DNA of 64,000 nucleotides from an uncultured Prevotellaceae bacterium (GTDB taxonomy: Bacteria; Bacteroidota; Bacteroidia; Bacteroidales; Bacteroidaceae). The first letter of the stretch is position 1; each line of letters begins with the position of its first letter. Both the position numbers and the translations under genes were made by a program. The notes under the pieces were generated by a model. That model was not told the DNA's origin. It did not search any database and worked only from the letters and a program-made list of their open reading frames with translations. The stretch is taken from contig CALFJG010000072.1 in assembly GCA_937877625.1 (NCBI GenBank), forward strand, positions 50,683-114,682, written 5' to 3'. Of this stretch, positions 1-10,398 are shown piece by piece.

Positions 1-119
1 TTTCTTCATAGTATGCCTTTTATATACTGTGCCACAATCTATTGAGTACTTAAACACTTGTAGCACATAAACTTTTGATTTGCTGTTCTTATAGTACAGG
101 AATTTACAAATACTGAGCC

Positions 120-1361
120 TTAGGCCAAAATATCAACGTTGGCATCGTTGATGAAATCGTCCATACCGTCGCTGGCAGTATTGTCGGCCACATATACCTC
201 AGGATCATCGAACGAAACGGGATCGTCGTAAATTTCGCCATCGGTAGAACCGACATCACCATTGTCGCTTATATAGCCACCATCTTCGGGGTCGTCGAAC
301 GAAACAGGGTCTTCAGTCTCTACTACCTGTGCAAGAGCATTATCGGAGTCGTCAGTAGCCACATATATTTCGTTTTCGTCCACTTGAGCGTTGGTATATC
401 CTGCATCGTTGTTATCAACATCGCTCTGATTAATCACTTCTACCTCGTTCTCGTCAAACGTGCCGTTATCGTTCCAGTCCACACCATACATATCAATGCT
501 TCCGTCACGATCCACATCAACCAACATACCATAGTGGCCGTCCACTTCTGCATCGTAAACGTCAACCATCTGTCCCTCCATCTCCACGGTGCGACTACCG
601 ATGATATGTACGCTACCATCACTCTCACCATTTATTGATGTTGATGGCTGTTCGTTGGATACGGGTTCGTATTCTGCTGTGTTACTGCCCGATTGCTGTG
701 CAGTTTCAGCACCGCCTTGCGGGGTATGGTTGGCTGCGGGGCCGTGAGCAGGCTCTGCGTGTGGAGCGTTACCCTGAGGTTGAGCGGGATGAGGTTGAGC
801 GGGGTGAGGGTGTGGGCCGTGGTGTACGTCATGTACTTCGTGAACCTCGTGTACGGTGTTTGTCGTCGGGCTTGCGCTCTGTGCAACACCGCCACCGTAT
901 TGTCCCATAGCCTCGTCAGTGAAAGCAGCACGCTGTTCGGGTGTCATACTGTTCCATTCGTCTTGCGTGTATGTGCCATACACACCACCGCGCCAGGTAA
1001 ACACGCCACCAGCACCCACCTGTGCGCGCGCTGCGGCGAAAGCATCGGCAAATGACATCTCATCGTTCACGTTGGCCATCTGCATAGCATCGTGAGTGCT
1101 TTCTTGAAGCGTATCGCCCAAAGAACCATCGCTGCCTGCGAGGGCTTCACCAGCATACATCACTCCTGCACCAACGGCTGCACCGCCTATGATGCCTGCA
1201 CCAATTTTAACTGCGGCATTGCTACCATTCTTCTTGGCTTCTTGTGGAGCGGCCTCAACATTTTGTGGCTCCTGATAAGGAGTAGTTGGGTCGTACTGAG
1301 TGTCAAAGTTGTTTGCTTGATTCATGTTTGAAAAAACAGTGTTGTCGTCGTTAGGTCTCAT
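120..1361 (-). CDS. Acidic single-pass membrane protein of unknown function (paralog A)
   Basis: 413 aa ORF with Gly-rich TM (IGAGIIGGAAVGAGVMYAG), SFADAFAAARAQVGAGGVFTWRGGVYGTY block, His/Pro linker, DxDxDG-like loops and C-terminal DGMDDFINDANVDILA. Confidence 0.8.
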   Translation of the reverse strand: MRPNDDNTVFSNMNQANNFDTQYDPTTPYQEPQNVEAAPQEAKKNGSNAAVKIGAGIIGGAAVGAGVMYAGEALAGSDGSLGDTLQESTHDAMQMANVNDEMSFADAFAAARAQVGAGGVFTWRGGVYGTYTQDEWNSMTPEQRAAFTDEAMGQYGGGVAQSASPTTNTVHEVHEVHDVHHGPHPHPAQPHPAQPQGNAPHAEPAHGPAANHTPQGGAETAQQSGSNTAEYEPVSNEQPSTSINGESDGSVHIIGSRTVEMEGQMVDVYDAEVDGHYGMLVDVDRDGSIDMYGVDWNDNGTFDENEVEVINQSDVDNNDAGYTNAQVDENEIYVATDDSDNALAQVVETEDPVSFDDPEDGGYISDNGDVGSTDGEIYDDPVSFDDPEVYVADNTASDGMDDFINDANVDILA

Positions 1362-1380
1362 TGTCTTAGATGTTTTATGG

Positions 1381-1480
1381 GTTAGATTTTCTGTTTGTCA
1401 CTGCAAAAGTAGCGAGGGCTACTCCTGTATGCAAATGATTTTCGGCATTCGGTACGAAACGTACAGGTTTCTGTACGAAA
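1381..1480 (-). promoter_or_regulatory. Bacteroidetes sigma-A promoter with upstream direct-repeat site
   Basis: Minus-strand TACTTTTG (1404-1411) and TTTG (1432-1435), 20-bp spacer; repeats ttcggtacgaaa 1448-1459 and ttctgtacgaaa 1469-1480. Confidence 0.75.
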
Positions 1481-1582
1481 TGGTCTGTAAGGAGCGTGAT
1501 TAAACTACTTTTTGCGTGACAATTCTTATTGAGGACAGTTTCTATTCTTCTTTTATATATATGGAGCAGTTGTTATACAGAC

Positions 1583-2461
1583 TTATGCGAGCATATCAAC
1601 GTTTGCATCGTTCACAAAGTCGGACATACCATCATCGGAGGGTACATCAGCAACATAAGGGTCAGGCTCCATACCGCCATCTACCAAGTCGCTGTTATTG
1701 TCAACGGGATCTACATAGTCGTAGTCTGTTATTTGGCTATCGCCTTCACCGTTACCTTCACCACCGATTACTAAATCATCGTTGTGTGAGTCACCTGTAT
1801 CCGATGTAATAACAACATCATCGCCACCGCTCGTTTCCACCACATCGCTGGCTGCTATGTCGCTCTCGGTTGATGGTATCATCGTAAAGTCAGTTACCAC
1901 TGAATTGATAGGCACTTCGTGTACAGCTACAAAATGTCCGCTATCGGTCATCTCTACGTTTGCAGCACCGGGGAGTTCTGCCAAACCCATTTCGGGGAAA
2001 TCGCGATAGTACTCAATGTCATATTGACCATCAAGGTTTACGTCCAACTGTACGCGAACCATATCATTGTCGTCCACATACTCGTGGCGGAACACCACAT
2101 CACCGTTTGACAGCCGCTGGAATTGACCTTCGTCACTGTTGATATAGACATTGTCTTGCTGATGTTGCGTATCAGCTGGTGAAGCGGGAGCGGGAGCAGG
2201 TTGCACTTTCTGAACTTGTACCACAACGGGTTGCGGTTCGGCTACGGGCTCAACAGCTTCGGGGAGAGACTCGGCTTCCAGTTCGTTCGACATAAACCAT
2301 GTAGCCACAGCACCTACGGCTATACCTGAGCCTGCACCACCGGCTATGACTCCTGCCATTTTCTTTTTTCCGTTGGCTTCTGCGGAATTTGTTGCGTTGT
2401 TCACTTCCTCTGGTTGTTGAGGCTGAGCATACATTGTACTGTCATTGTTGTAAGTTTCCAT
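1583..2461 (-). CDS. Acidic single-pass membrane protein of unknown function (paralog B)
   Basis: 292 aa ORF with Gly-rich TM (MAGVIAGGAGSGIAVGAVATWF), DVNLDGQYD loop and C-terminal DGMSDFVNDANVDMLA matching paralog A. Confidence 0.8.
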   Translation of the reverse strand: METYNNDSTMYAQPQQPEEVNNATNSAEANGKKKMAGVIAGGAGSGIAVGAVATWFMSNELEAESLPEAVEPVAEPQPVVVQVQKVQPAPAPASPADTQHQQDNVYINSDEGQFQRLSNGDVVFRHEYVDDNDMVRVQLDVNLDGQYDIEYYRDFPEMGLAELPGAANVEMTDSGHFVAVHEVPINSVVTDFTMIPSTESDIAASDVVETSGGDDVVITSDTGDSHNDDLVIGGEGNGEGDSQITDYDYVDPVDNNSDLVDGGMEPDPYVADVPSDDGMSDFVNDANVDMLA

Positions 2462-2479
2462 TTTTAAGAGATTTTAGTG

Positions 2480-2580
2480 GTTAGAATTTCTGTTTGACAC
2501 TGCAAAAGTACATCGGTCTGCAAGAGCCTTCCAAACATTTTTAGCCTTTCGGTACTAAATAGGCAAGTTTCAGTATAAAG
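2480..2580 (-). promoter_or_regulatory. Second copy of the promoter plus direct-repeat site
   Basis: TACTTTTG (2503-2510), TTTG (2532-2535), 21-bp spacer; repeats ttcggtactaaa 2548-2559 and ttcagtataaag 2569-2580; leader nearly identical to 1381-1411. Confidence 0.75.
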
Positions 2581-2619
2581 TGTGTCAAGTCGAAGTTGTT
2601 TCCAAAAAAATATCGCTGT

Positions 2620-3336
2620 TTAAGAGATAAACTGTGCTTTGCAACTGGCACAAGATTTACGTGCTTTCAGCATAGTGTAATCCTGATTACCAAAGGGGAT
2701 ATGGCACTGGGGGCAAGCATACGCTTGCTTAAATTCGTTTTCTAAACGCTTACGCTCGCGAGGAAAGAACTCCGCTTCCTTAAATCCCTTATATATGAAA
2801 TATATCAGCAACAAAACGCCTGGAAGCACACAACCTAATGTCACGAGGGTTCTCACCGACCCCTCCACATTAAAGACTTGAGCAATAGCACCACCCGCAG
2901 CTGAGCCGAGAATAGAGAAGATGGGTGTCATCATACGCTTCACGCCCGACTTTTGTTGTCGCACCTGCAAATCAATCAAAGCCGTCTGATAACCATCATA
3001 AACCTGTTGAAGCGGACGGATATCCACATACTGCGGTATAATGCCAGTCTTACGAAGTAGTTCCCAGTCAAGAGGTTGACGATCAATACCCATATATACC
3101 GCATCACCGAAGAAAACGTGATACTTCATCACGGGTACATCTTTTACGTAGGTGACATTTGAGGCGTTAAGGTTGGTCAAGATAAAATGCTGGCCGTCCT
3201 CACTCTCCAATGACAAGTGGTCTTTGCTCACCATAGGCGAGAGACCTTGTGTACCCTTTATCACTTGCATTCGTCCGCCATCAATACTTGCTTTCAAACA
3301 GCCCGATGATGGATCGCGACCTAAAACTATTTTCAT
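2620..3336 (-). CDS. FHA-domain membrane protein with C-terminal zinc ribbon
   Basis: FHA signature residues GR, VSKDH, SNVTYV; two hydrophobic helices; CPQC...CASC. Confidence 0.8.
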   Translation of the reverse strand: MKIVLGRDPSSGCLKASIDGGRMQVIKGTQGLSPMVSKDHLSLESEDGQHFILTNLNASNVTYVKDVPVMKYHVFFGDAVYMGIDRQPLDWELLRKTGIIPQYVDIRPLQQVYDGYQTALIDLQVRQQKSGVKRMMTPIFSILGSAAGGAIAQVFNVEGSVRTLVTLGCVLPGVLLLIYFIYKGFKEAEFFPRERKRLENEFKQAYACPQCHIPFGNQDYTMLKARKSCASCKAQFIS

Positions 3337-3434
3337 ATTTCTCCTCTTTTTATATTAGGATACGGGCTTGCCCGCGTTTCTGTTTTTAGAATAGCGTTGA
3401 AGCCATTCAAAACAAGTTTTTATAGAATCCACTT

Positions 3435-3803
3435 TTAGCGTTTCATCTGTAGCATCAGTTCACGCAAGCGTTTCAAGGCTTCCTTACTAATGTCCAGTTG
3501 AAACACAAAATGATCGTAATCGCTAAGCATCAACTTCTGATTGCGTAGGTTGATGCGATAAATATATTCTAAGTTCACAATAAAGCGTTTTCCTATACGC
3601 ACAAAGCGTCGTGCCATTTCGCCTTTTTGCTGAGCCAGAAACTGCTCCATTGCGGCCAGATTCATTGACACGGTGGCTTTTAGCTTATTCACGGTAACCA
3701 CCTCTGTAAAGTTGGCGGCAGCTTCTATATAAACCACCTTAGCCAAGTCAACGCGAAGCATTTCATCGCGTCCGTTAAAGTAAACAAGATTAGTTGAGGA
3801 CAT
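3435..3803 (-). CDS. Stand-alone LytTR DNA-binding domain regulator
   Basis: 122 aa; VVYIEAAANFT and FVRIGKRFIVNLEYI are LytTR-like; no receiver domain. Confidence 0.85.
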   Translation of the reverse strand: MSSTNLVYFNGRDEMLRVDLAKVVYIEAAANFTEVVTVNKLKATVSMNLAAMEQFLAQQKGEMARRFVRIGKRFIVNLEYIYRINLRNQKLMLSDYDHFVFQLDISKEALKRLRELMLQMKR

Positions 3804-4090
3804 AAGGTCTGTGTATTATTAATATGGTACTCTTGCGTTAAACACTTATCGCCACCCTATCTTCTTTGTAGAGAAAAGCGAAGAAAACGTCAGTAGGCAA
3901 CACTTCTTTTTTGCGTGGCAAATTTAACAGTTATTTCATTTTTTGACGTTTTTGTGTAAAATCTTTTTCAAAAATTGGCTTTTTTTCTGCGATTTCGTAC
4001 CATAAACGATGCTTTTTCAAAGTTCCTCTTTAAGATATGTCTCTTCTTTACTAATTTTGCTGTGTACCACAGCAAGCCTCTTTTTTTCCT

Positions 4091-4834
4091 ATGAAAGTCC
4101 TTTATGCCATTTACCAAGTCTGTGTGGCTGTTCCCGTTATTCTTCTCACCACCTTGCTGGCGGCCTTAGCCACCTCTTTGGGCTGTATGGTGGGCAATGC
4201 TCACTTTTGGGGCTATTGGCCAGGTATGCTTTGGAGCCGCACAATCATTACAGTGTTGTTGCTACCAGTAAAAGTAGATGGGCGCGAGCATTTAGAAAAA
4301 GGGCAGAGCTATGTTTTTGTGGCCAACCATCAGGGGGCTTTTGACATTTTCCTTATCTATGGCTATTTAGGTCGCAACTTCAAATGGATGATGAAGCGCG
4401 GCTTGCGCACCATTCCGCTCGTGGGTTATGCCTGCGAAAAGGCTGGGCATATCTTCGTAGATAAGCGCGGGGCAAAAGCTATAGAACGCACTATTGAGGC
4501 GGCACGTGCCACGTTGCAACATGGTACATCGCTCACCGTATTTCCTGAAGGTGCACGCACGTTCACAGGACATATGGGTATCTTCCGTCGAGGCGCGTTC
4601 TCCTTAGCCCACGACATAGAATTGCCCATCGTTCCGATGACCATCAACGGCAGTTTTGACGTATTACCACGTATGCGCGGACTCAACTTAGTGACGTGGC
4701 ATCCCTTGCGGCTCACTATCCACCCACCCGTGCCATCCAAAGACATCAAAACGGCAATGGAGCGCGCCTACTCCGACATTATGTCCGCCTTACCACCGCA
4801 CTATCAAGATTTTGTGGAAAACAATGACCAATAA
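4091..4834 (+). CDS. plsC: 1-acyl-sn-glycerol-3-phosphate acyltransferase
   Basis: NHQGAFD (HX4D) and FPEGAR motifs. Confidence 0.9.
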   Translation: MKVLYAIYQVCVAVPVILLTTLLAALATSLGCMVGNAHFWGYWPGMLWSRTIITVLLLPVKVDGREHLEKGQSYVFVANHQGAFDIFLIYGYLGRNFKWMMKRGLRTIPLVGYACEKAGHIFVDKRGAKAIERTIEAARATLQHGTSLTVFPEGARTFTGHMGIFRRGAFSLAHDIELPIVPMTINGSFDVLPRMRGLNLVTWHPLRLTIHPPVPSKDIKTAMERAYSDIMSALPPHYQDFVENNDQ

Positions 4835-4867
4835 AACCTCGCCTTTATCTTTATCTTTGTCCTTACT

Positions 4868-7717
4868 ATGTATCTGCTCTCCCTCCCTCCCAATGTTGTT
4901 CCGTTTTTCCACGAACTAAAAGGGTTCTCGCCCAACGATTGGTATTGCGCGTGCGACCCCATAGGACACAAACTCGGTTCGGGTGGTGGTACAGCCTGGC
5001 TACTCGCCGCGTGCCACGCTGAACACTCTGCCGGTTTGTCGTTTTCTGACTGGCTCTGCCAAGAGCCTCGCGTGATACTCCACGCCGGCGGTCAGAGCCG
5101 CCGACTGCCATGCTATGCTCCGTCGGGAAAAATTCTTACGCCGATGCCCGTGTTTCGCTGGGAGAGCGGGCAACGCATAGACCAAACGTTGCTCGACATA
5201 CAAATGCCGCTCTACAGGCGCATACTTGCCAAAGCTCCACAACGGTTTCACACACTCGTTGCCAGTGGCGACGTTTTCTTACGTGCCACAGACACTCTAC
5301 AAGACATCCCCGCCGATGCCGACGTGGTATGTTATGGCCTCTGGGCCGACCCTCAACGAGCCAGCCACCACGGCGTATTCCTCATAGAGAGAGGTGGAAA
5401 GGGTGGATTGGATTTTATGCTTCAAAAACCATCTACAGAGCAACAACGGCACTATGTGGCCTCGCACTATTTGTTGATGGACGTTGGCCTTTGGCTTCTC
5501 TCCGACCGTGCCGTGGAGTGCTTGATGCACAAATCGGTGCGCAGAGGTGGCAAAGCCACTTGCGCCGCCGACATGCTCTCCTACGACCTCTACGGTGAGT
5601 TCGGCTGCGCACTCGGCGAACACCCCTCGCGTCCCGATGCTGAGCTCAAGAGCCTCAAAGCCGTGGTATTGCCGTTACCAGGCGGTGAGTTCTACCACTT
5701 CGGCACGATACCCGAACTCTTGGCATCGTCAATGGAAATCCAAAACCTTGTGCGCGATCAGCGACTTATCATTCAGCAAAACGTGAAGCGCCATCCCTCT
5801 CTCTTCACACAGAACGCACTAATTCAACGCCACGCCGATGCCAACAACCAATATGTATGGATAGAAAATGCCTATATCGGAAAGAATTGGACTTATTCCC
5901 ATCACAACGTTGTGACCGGTGTGCCGCGCAATGATTGGACCATACACCTCGCGCCGGAGATTTGTATAGATATTGTACCCATAGGCGAGTACGACTATGC
6001 GCTACGTCCGTATGGCTATTACGACAAATTCCGTGGCTCGGGCGACACACCTTTCTTAGGCGCGCCTTTCAGCCAGTGGCTTAGCGAGCGTGGCCTCTCA
6101 ACCAACGATATCGCGGGTAGCGACGACCTGCAAACAGCGGAACTATTCCCAGTTCTTCATCGCCTCGAAGACATTCCTCACTGGTTTGCCTATATGACCG
6201 CCTCGCCCAACAAATCTCTTCGCTCAGACTATCTCGCCCTCAAACGCCTCAGTGCCGAACAACTTTGTGAGCAAGCCAATCTGCCGAGGCTCTTTGAGCA
6301 GCGAAAAAGTTTTATGGAAGAAAACCTCAAAGATCTGGCCACGAACTGGCGCAAGAGCGTGTTCTACCAAACCAATCTGGCCGACCTCGCCACAAAGTTT
6401 GCACGCGCCGACTTGCCGCTTCCTGAAAGCCTGCCTGCCGATGCGCCGATGATGACAAAAATCCACGATGCAATGTTTCGTGCCGAGGTAGCCCGTCAGA
6501 AAGGATTCGATGGCACGCACAACGAAGCGGTGGCCTTTTCACTTTTAGCTGAGGGACTCACACGCGACATCATGCGCACACCAAGTATGCCCCGACTTAA
6601 CGTCTGCTCCGACCAAATCGTATGGGGACGTAGCCCCGTGCGTATAGATCTTGCCGGCGGATGGACGGACACACCACCCTATTCGCTCACACGCGGTGGC
6701 AACGTCATCAACATAGCCATAGAACTCAATGGGCAACCGCCGTTGCAAGTGTTCATCAAACCGTGCCAAAAGCCCATCGTAGTTTGCCGAAGCATTGACC
6801 TCGGTGCTACAGAGCAAATAGAAACGTTTGACGAACTGTCCGACTTCCGTCGCGTAGGCTCACCCTTTTCCATCCCTAAGGCTGCGCTTGCACTCTGCGG
6901 TTTCTTGCCGGGCTTCACCCAAACGACATATCCCTCGCTGCGTGCCCAGCTGCAAGCGTTTGGTGCCGGCATAGAAATCACACTCCTTTCCGCCATTCCG
7001 GCAGGTAGCGGACTGGGTACGAGTAGTATTCTTGCAGCCACCGTACTCGGTGCGCTCAGCGACTTTTGCAACTTGAGATGGGATGCCACCGAGGTATGCC
7101 GCCGCGTACTCGTATTGGAACAGATGCTCACCACCGGCGGCGGGTGGCAAGACCAATATGGCGGCTATCTGCCAGGACTTAAGTTGCTCCAAACAGAGGC
7201 CGGCTTCCAGCAGATACCCCTCACACGGTGGCTGCCCGACACGCTCTTTACCCACCCCGACTATGCACCGTGCCACTTGCTCTACTACACCGGTCTGACG
7301 CGCACCGCTAAACATATCCTGGCAGAAATCGTACGCGGGATGTTCCTCAACAACACCGAACACCTCCGCCTGCTTTCCGAAATGAAAGAGCATGCACTTA
7401 GGATGTACGATGCCTTGCAGCGTCAAGATATTGCGGCATACGGCAGACTCCTACGACGTACGTGGACGCAAAACCAAGCTCTTGACGCAGGCACCAACCC
7501 GCCCGCCGTAGCGCGTATCTGCGAACAAATCAACGACCTTTGTCTGGGTTACAAACTACCTGGTGCAGGAGGTGGAGGCTATTTATATATGCTCGCCAAA
7601 GATGCCGAGGCTGCCAAACGTATCCGACATTTGCTCACCAACAATCCCCCCGCCGACAATGCCCGATTTGTAGAGATGCGCGTAAGTCAATCTGGATTTC
7701 AAATTAGCAGGAGTTAA
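4868..7717 (+). CDS. fkp: Bifunctional L-fucokinase / fucose-1-phosphate guanylyltransferase
   Basis: 949 aa; KLGSGGGT, HAGGQSRRLP, RIDLAGGWTDTPP, PAGSGLGTSS (GHMP kinase), GAGGGG. Confidence 0.95.
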   Translation: MYLLSLPPNVVPFFHELKGFSPNDWYCACDPIGHKLGSGGGTAWLLAACHAEHSAGLSFSDWLCQEPRVILHAGGQSRRLPCYAPSGKILTPMPVFRWESGQRIDQTLLDIQMPLYRRILAKAPQRFHTLVASGDVFLRATDTLQDIPADADVVCYGLWADPQRASHHGVFLIERGGKGGLDFMLQKPSTEQQRHYVASHYLLMDVGLWLLSDRAVECLMHKSVRRGGKATCAADMLSYDLYGEFGCALGEHPSRPDAELKSLKAVVLPLPGGEFYHFGTIPELLASSMEIQNLVRDQRLIIQQNVKRHPSLFTQNALIQRHADANNQYVWIENAYIGKNWTYSHHNVVTGVPRNDWTIHLAPEICIDIVPIGEYDYALRPYGYYDKFRGSGDTPFLGAPFSQWLSERGLSTNDIAGSDDLQTAELFPVLHRLEDIPHWFAYMTASPNKSLRSDYLALKRLSAEQLCEQANLPRLFEQRKSFMEENLKDLATNWRKSVFYQTNLADLATKFARADLPLPESLPADAPMMTKIHDAMFRAEVARQKGFDGTHNEAVAFSLLAEGLTRDIMRTPSMPRLNVCSDQIVWGRSPVRIDLAGGWTDTPPYSLTRGGNVINIAIELNGQPPLQVFIKPCQKPIVVCRSIDLGATEQIETFDELSDFRRVGSPFSIPKAALALCGFLPGFTQTTYPSLRAQLQAFGAGIEITLLSAIPAGSGLGTSSILAATVLGALSDFCNLRWDATEVCRRVLVLEQMLTTGGGWQDQYGGYLPGLKLLQTEAGFQQIPLTRWLPDTLFTHPDYAPCHLLYYTGLTRTAKHILAEIVRGMFLNNTEHLRLLSEMKEHALRMYDALQRQDIAAYGRLLRRTWTQNQALDAGTNPPAVARICEQINDLCLGYKLPGAGGGGYLYMLAKDAEAAKRIRHLLTNNPPADNARFVEMRVSQSGFQISRS

Positions 7718-7798
7718 CCACAAGATATTGTGTACATCGTTTACACCTTCTCAAGACCAAGACAACGCTCGTCTATAAAGCCTACTGACCGATGTGTA

Positions 7799-9157
7799 TT
7801 AAACTCTTTGGTTTAACGGCACGTATGTTTGGCGTATCTCATCAACGAATCGATAAGCGGGGCGTATGATACGTGAGCCTTGGAAGCATAGTTCTTCGTT
7901 GCGGTGGGCACACCAACCTACGATGCGTGCCATAGCAAAAATTGGTGTAAAAATCTCAGGAGGAAAGCCCAGAAGTTCGTATATAAAGCCACTGTAGAAG
8001 TCCACGTTTGCGCAAACGGGTTTGGTGCGACTTTTCATTGTGGTGACTTCTTGACAGGCTATGCGTTCTAAGCGTAACATAAAAGCATGTTCACGCTCAC
8101 GACCTTTTTCGTGGGCAAGGGCATCAGAGAGTTCTTTAAGCAGTTCAGCGCGAGGGTCGGACAAGGTATATACGGCATGGCCAATACCATAGATAAGCCC
8201 ACGTTTGTCAAAAATCTCTCCGCGAATGATTTGTCGCAACACTTCTCGTATTTCGTTTTCGTCTTCCCAGTCTTTTATCTCGTCTTTCAGAAAGTGCAAC
8301 ATTCGCACCACTTGTAGATTAGCTCCGCCGTGTAACGGCCCTTTAAGTGAGCCGATACCTGCAGCAATGGAACTATAGGTATCGGTACCGGCACTGCTGG
8401 TGACACGCACCGTAAAGGTAGAGTTATTACCGCCGCCGTGCTCCGCTTGAACGATAAGCAAGAGGTCGAGCATTTGTGCTTCCAGAGGTGTAAAACCTTT
8501 TCCTTTGAGCATATAAAGGAAATTTTCGGCAATGGAGAGTCCGCGTTGTGGGTGGCGTATAGAAAGAGAGCGTCCCAAACGATTGTGGCGAAGAGTATTA
8601 TAAGCATAAGCCACAATGGTGGGAAATTTAGAGACGAGCATCACACTCTGGCGCATAAGGTTCTCGCGTGAGGTATCATCGGCTTGAGGGTCAAACGTAT
8701 AGAGTTCCAAGACGCTACGTGCCAGAATGTTCATAATGTCGTGTCCCTCCAGTTCAATAATGTGGAGCGTGGTACGCGGGTCGAGCGGCATATTGTCGCG
8801 TACGAGCATAGAAAACTCGCGTAAGTCGTCCTTATCTGGCAACGAGCCGCTGAGCAACAACACAGCCACTTCTTCAAAACCAAAACGATGCTCGCGTTGT
8901 GCAGCGTGAACAAGTTCGGCTATGTCGTAGCCGCGATAGAAAAGGCGACCTTTGGCAGGATGTATTTGACCCTCAGCATCTCGTTCATAGCCGTGTACAT
9001 CACCGATATTAGTAAGCCCTACAAGTACACCGGAGCCATCTTGGTTGCGCAGCCCGCGCTTCACTCCGAGACGTACAAACTGTTCGGCATCGAAGTGGAT
9101 GGCGTGTTTCATCTTGTCGGCCAACTTGTATATAACATATTCTTTTTTGATACTCAT
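7799..9157 (-). CDS. gltA: Citrate synthase
   Basis: EHGGGNNST, GPLHGGAN, YGIGHAVY, NVDFYSG motifs. Confidence 0.93.
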   Translation of the reverse strand: MSIKKEYVIYKLADKMKHAIHFDAEQFVRLGVKRGLRNQDGSGVLVGLTNIGDVHGYERDAEGQIHPAKGRLFYRGYDIAELVHAAQREHRFGFEEVAVLLLSGSLPDKDDLREFSMLVRDNMPLDPRTTLHIIELEGHDIMNILARSVLELYTFDPQADDTSRENLMRQSVMLVSKFPTIVAYAYNTLRHNRLGRSLSIRHPQRGLSIAENFLYMLKGKGFTPLEAQMLDLLLIVQAEHGGGNNSTFTVRVTSSAGTDTYSSIAAGIGSLKGPLHGGANLQVVRMLHFLKDEIKDWEDENEIREVLRQIIRGEIFDKRGLIYGIGHAVYTLSDPRAELLKELSDALAHEKGREREHAFMLRLERIACQEVTTMKSRTKPVCANVDFYSGFIYELLGFPPEIFTPIFAMARIVGWCAHRNEELCFQGSRIIRPAYRFVDEIRQTYVPLNQRV

Positions 9158-9189
9158 AAGTAAAGCGTTTTTTAGGCTTGCGGAAAGCG

Positions 9190-10398
9190 TTAAAGAGTGA
9201 TGTGCGAGAGGAGTTCTTGAGTAAAGTCAGAGGTAGAGAGAGGTTTCCCTTGAGGCATAAAGCGTGCGAGGTCGGCAGTAGCTTTTCCTTGTGTGAAACA
9301 GTGGGCGAGTGCTTTTTCTATAATCCTTGCAGCCTCGCTCCATCCGATATAATCCAGCAGCATTGTTGCAGAGAGTATAAGTGAGCAAGGATTTGCCATA
9401 TTCTTTCCAGCAATATCCGGCGCGGTGCCGTGGGTGGCCTCAAAGATAGCGTGTCCTGTGGTGTAGTTGATGTTGGCACCGGGAGAAATGCCGATACCTC
9501 CCACCTGCGCAGCAAGCATATCGCTAATGTAGTCACCATTGAGATTGAGCGTTGCTACCACGCTATATGCCTCGGGCTTGAGCAGTGCGTTTTGCAGGAA
9601 AGCATCAGCAATGCAGTCGTTTACGATGAGCGTTCCGTTGTTAAGTTCTGCTGCAAACTCTCTTTGAATAAGCTCATAGCCCCAGCGTTTGAAACCGCCT
9701 TCGGTAAACTTCATTATATTGCCTTTATGCACCAGAGTAAGGTGCTTCCGTCCTGTTTCAATAGTGTAGCGTGCTGCGGCACGAATCAAACGCTCGGTGC
9801 CTTCACGCGACACGGGTTTTACCCCGAAAGCACTCGTCTCGGGAAAACGTATTTTAGTAACACCCATTTCTTCCTGCAAGAAGCAGAGAAACTTCTTTGC
9901 CTTGTCGGTGTTAGCATCCCATTCTATGCCAGCATATATATCCTCGGTGTTTTCGCGAAAAACAGTGATATCCACATCTTGTGGACGTTTCACGGGAGAA
10001 ACAACACCCTCAAACCATCGCACAGGCCGCAGACACACATAGAGGTCAAGTCCTTGGCGCAAAGCCACGTTCAGTGAGCGAATACCATCGCCGATGGGTG
10101 TGGTAAGCGGGCCTTTTATACCGATTAGATATTGACGAAAGGCTTCCATTGTGGCTTTGGGAAGCCACTCGCCAGTTTGGTCGTAAGCCTTTTTTCCTGC
10201 CAGCACTTCTTTCCAACGAATACTGCGCCGCTCATCATAGGCTCGTTTCACCGCCTCATCTACTACACGAAGCATTGACCGCGTCACTTCCGAACCCACA
10301 CCATCGCCTTCCACGAAAGGAATAGTAGGGTGATTAGGAACGATGGGTTTGCCGTTATGGTCAGCTGTTATGGTGGACATAATTTGAGTGTTTTTCAA
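9190..10398 (-). CDS. icd: Isocitrate dehydrogenase (NADP-dependent type)
   Basis: [49 protein letters not shown]. Confidence 0.93.
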   Translation of the reverse strand: MKNTQIMSTITADHNGKPIVPNHPTIPFVEGDGVGSEVTRSMLRVVDEAVKRAYDERRSIRWKEVLAGKKAYDQTGEWLPKATMEAFRQYLIGIKGPLTTPIGDGIRSLNVALRQGLDLYVCLRPVRWFEGVVSPVKRPQDVDITVFRENTEDIYAGIEWDANTDKAKKFLCFLQEEMGVTKIRFPETSAFGVKPVSREGTERLIRAAARYTIETGRKHLTLVHKGNIMKFTEGGFKRWGYELIQREFAAELNNGTLIVNDCIADAFLQNALLKPEAYSVVATLNLNGDYISDMLAAQVGGIGISPGANINYTTGHAIFEATHGTAPDIAGKNMANPCSLILSATMLLDYIGWSEAARIIEKALAHCFTQGKATADLARFMPQGKPLSTSDFTQELLSHITL

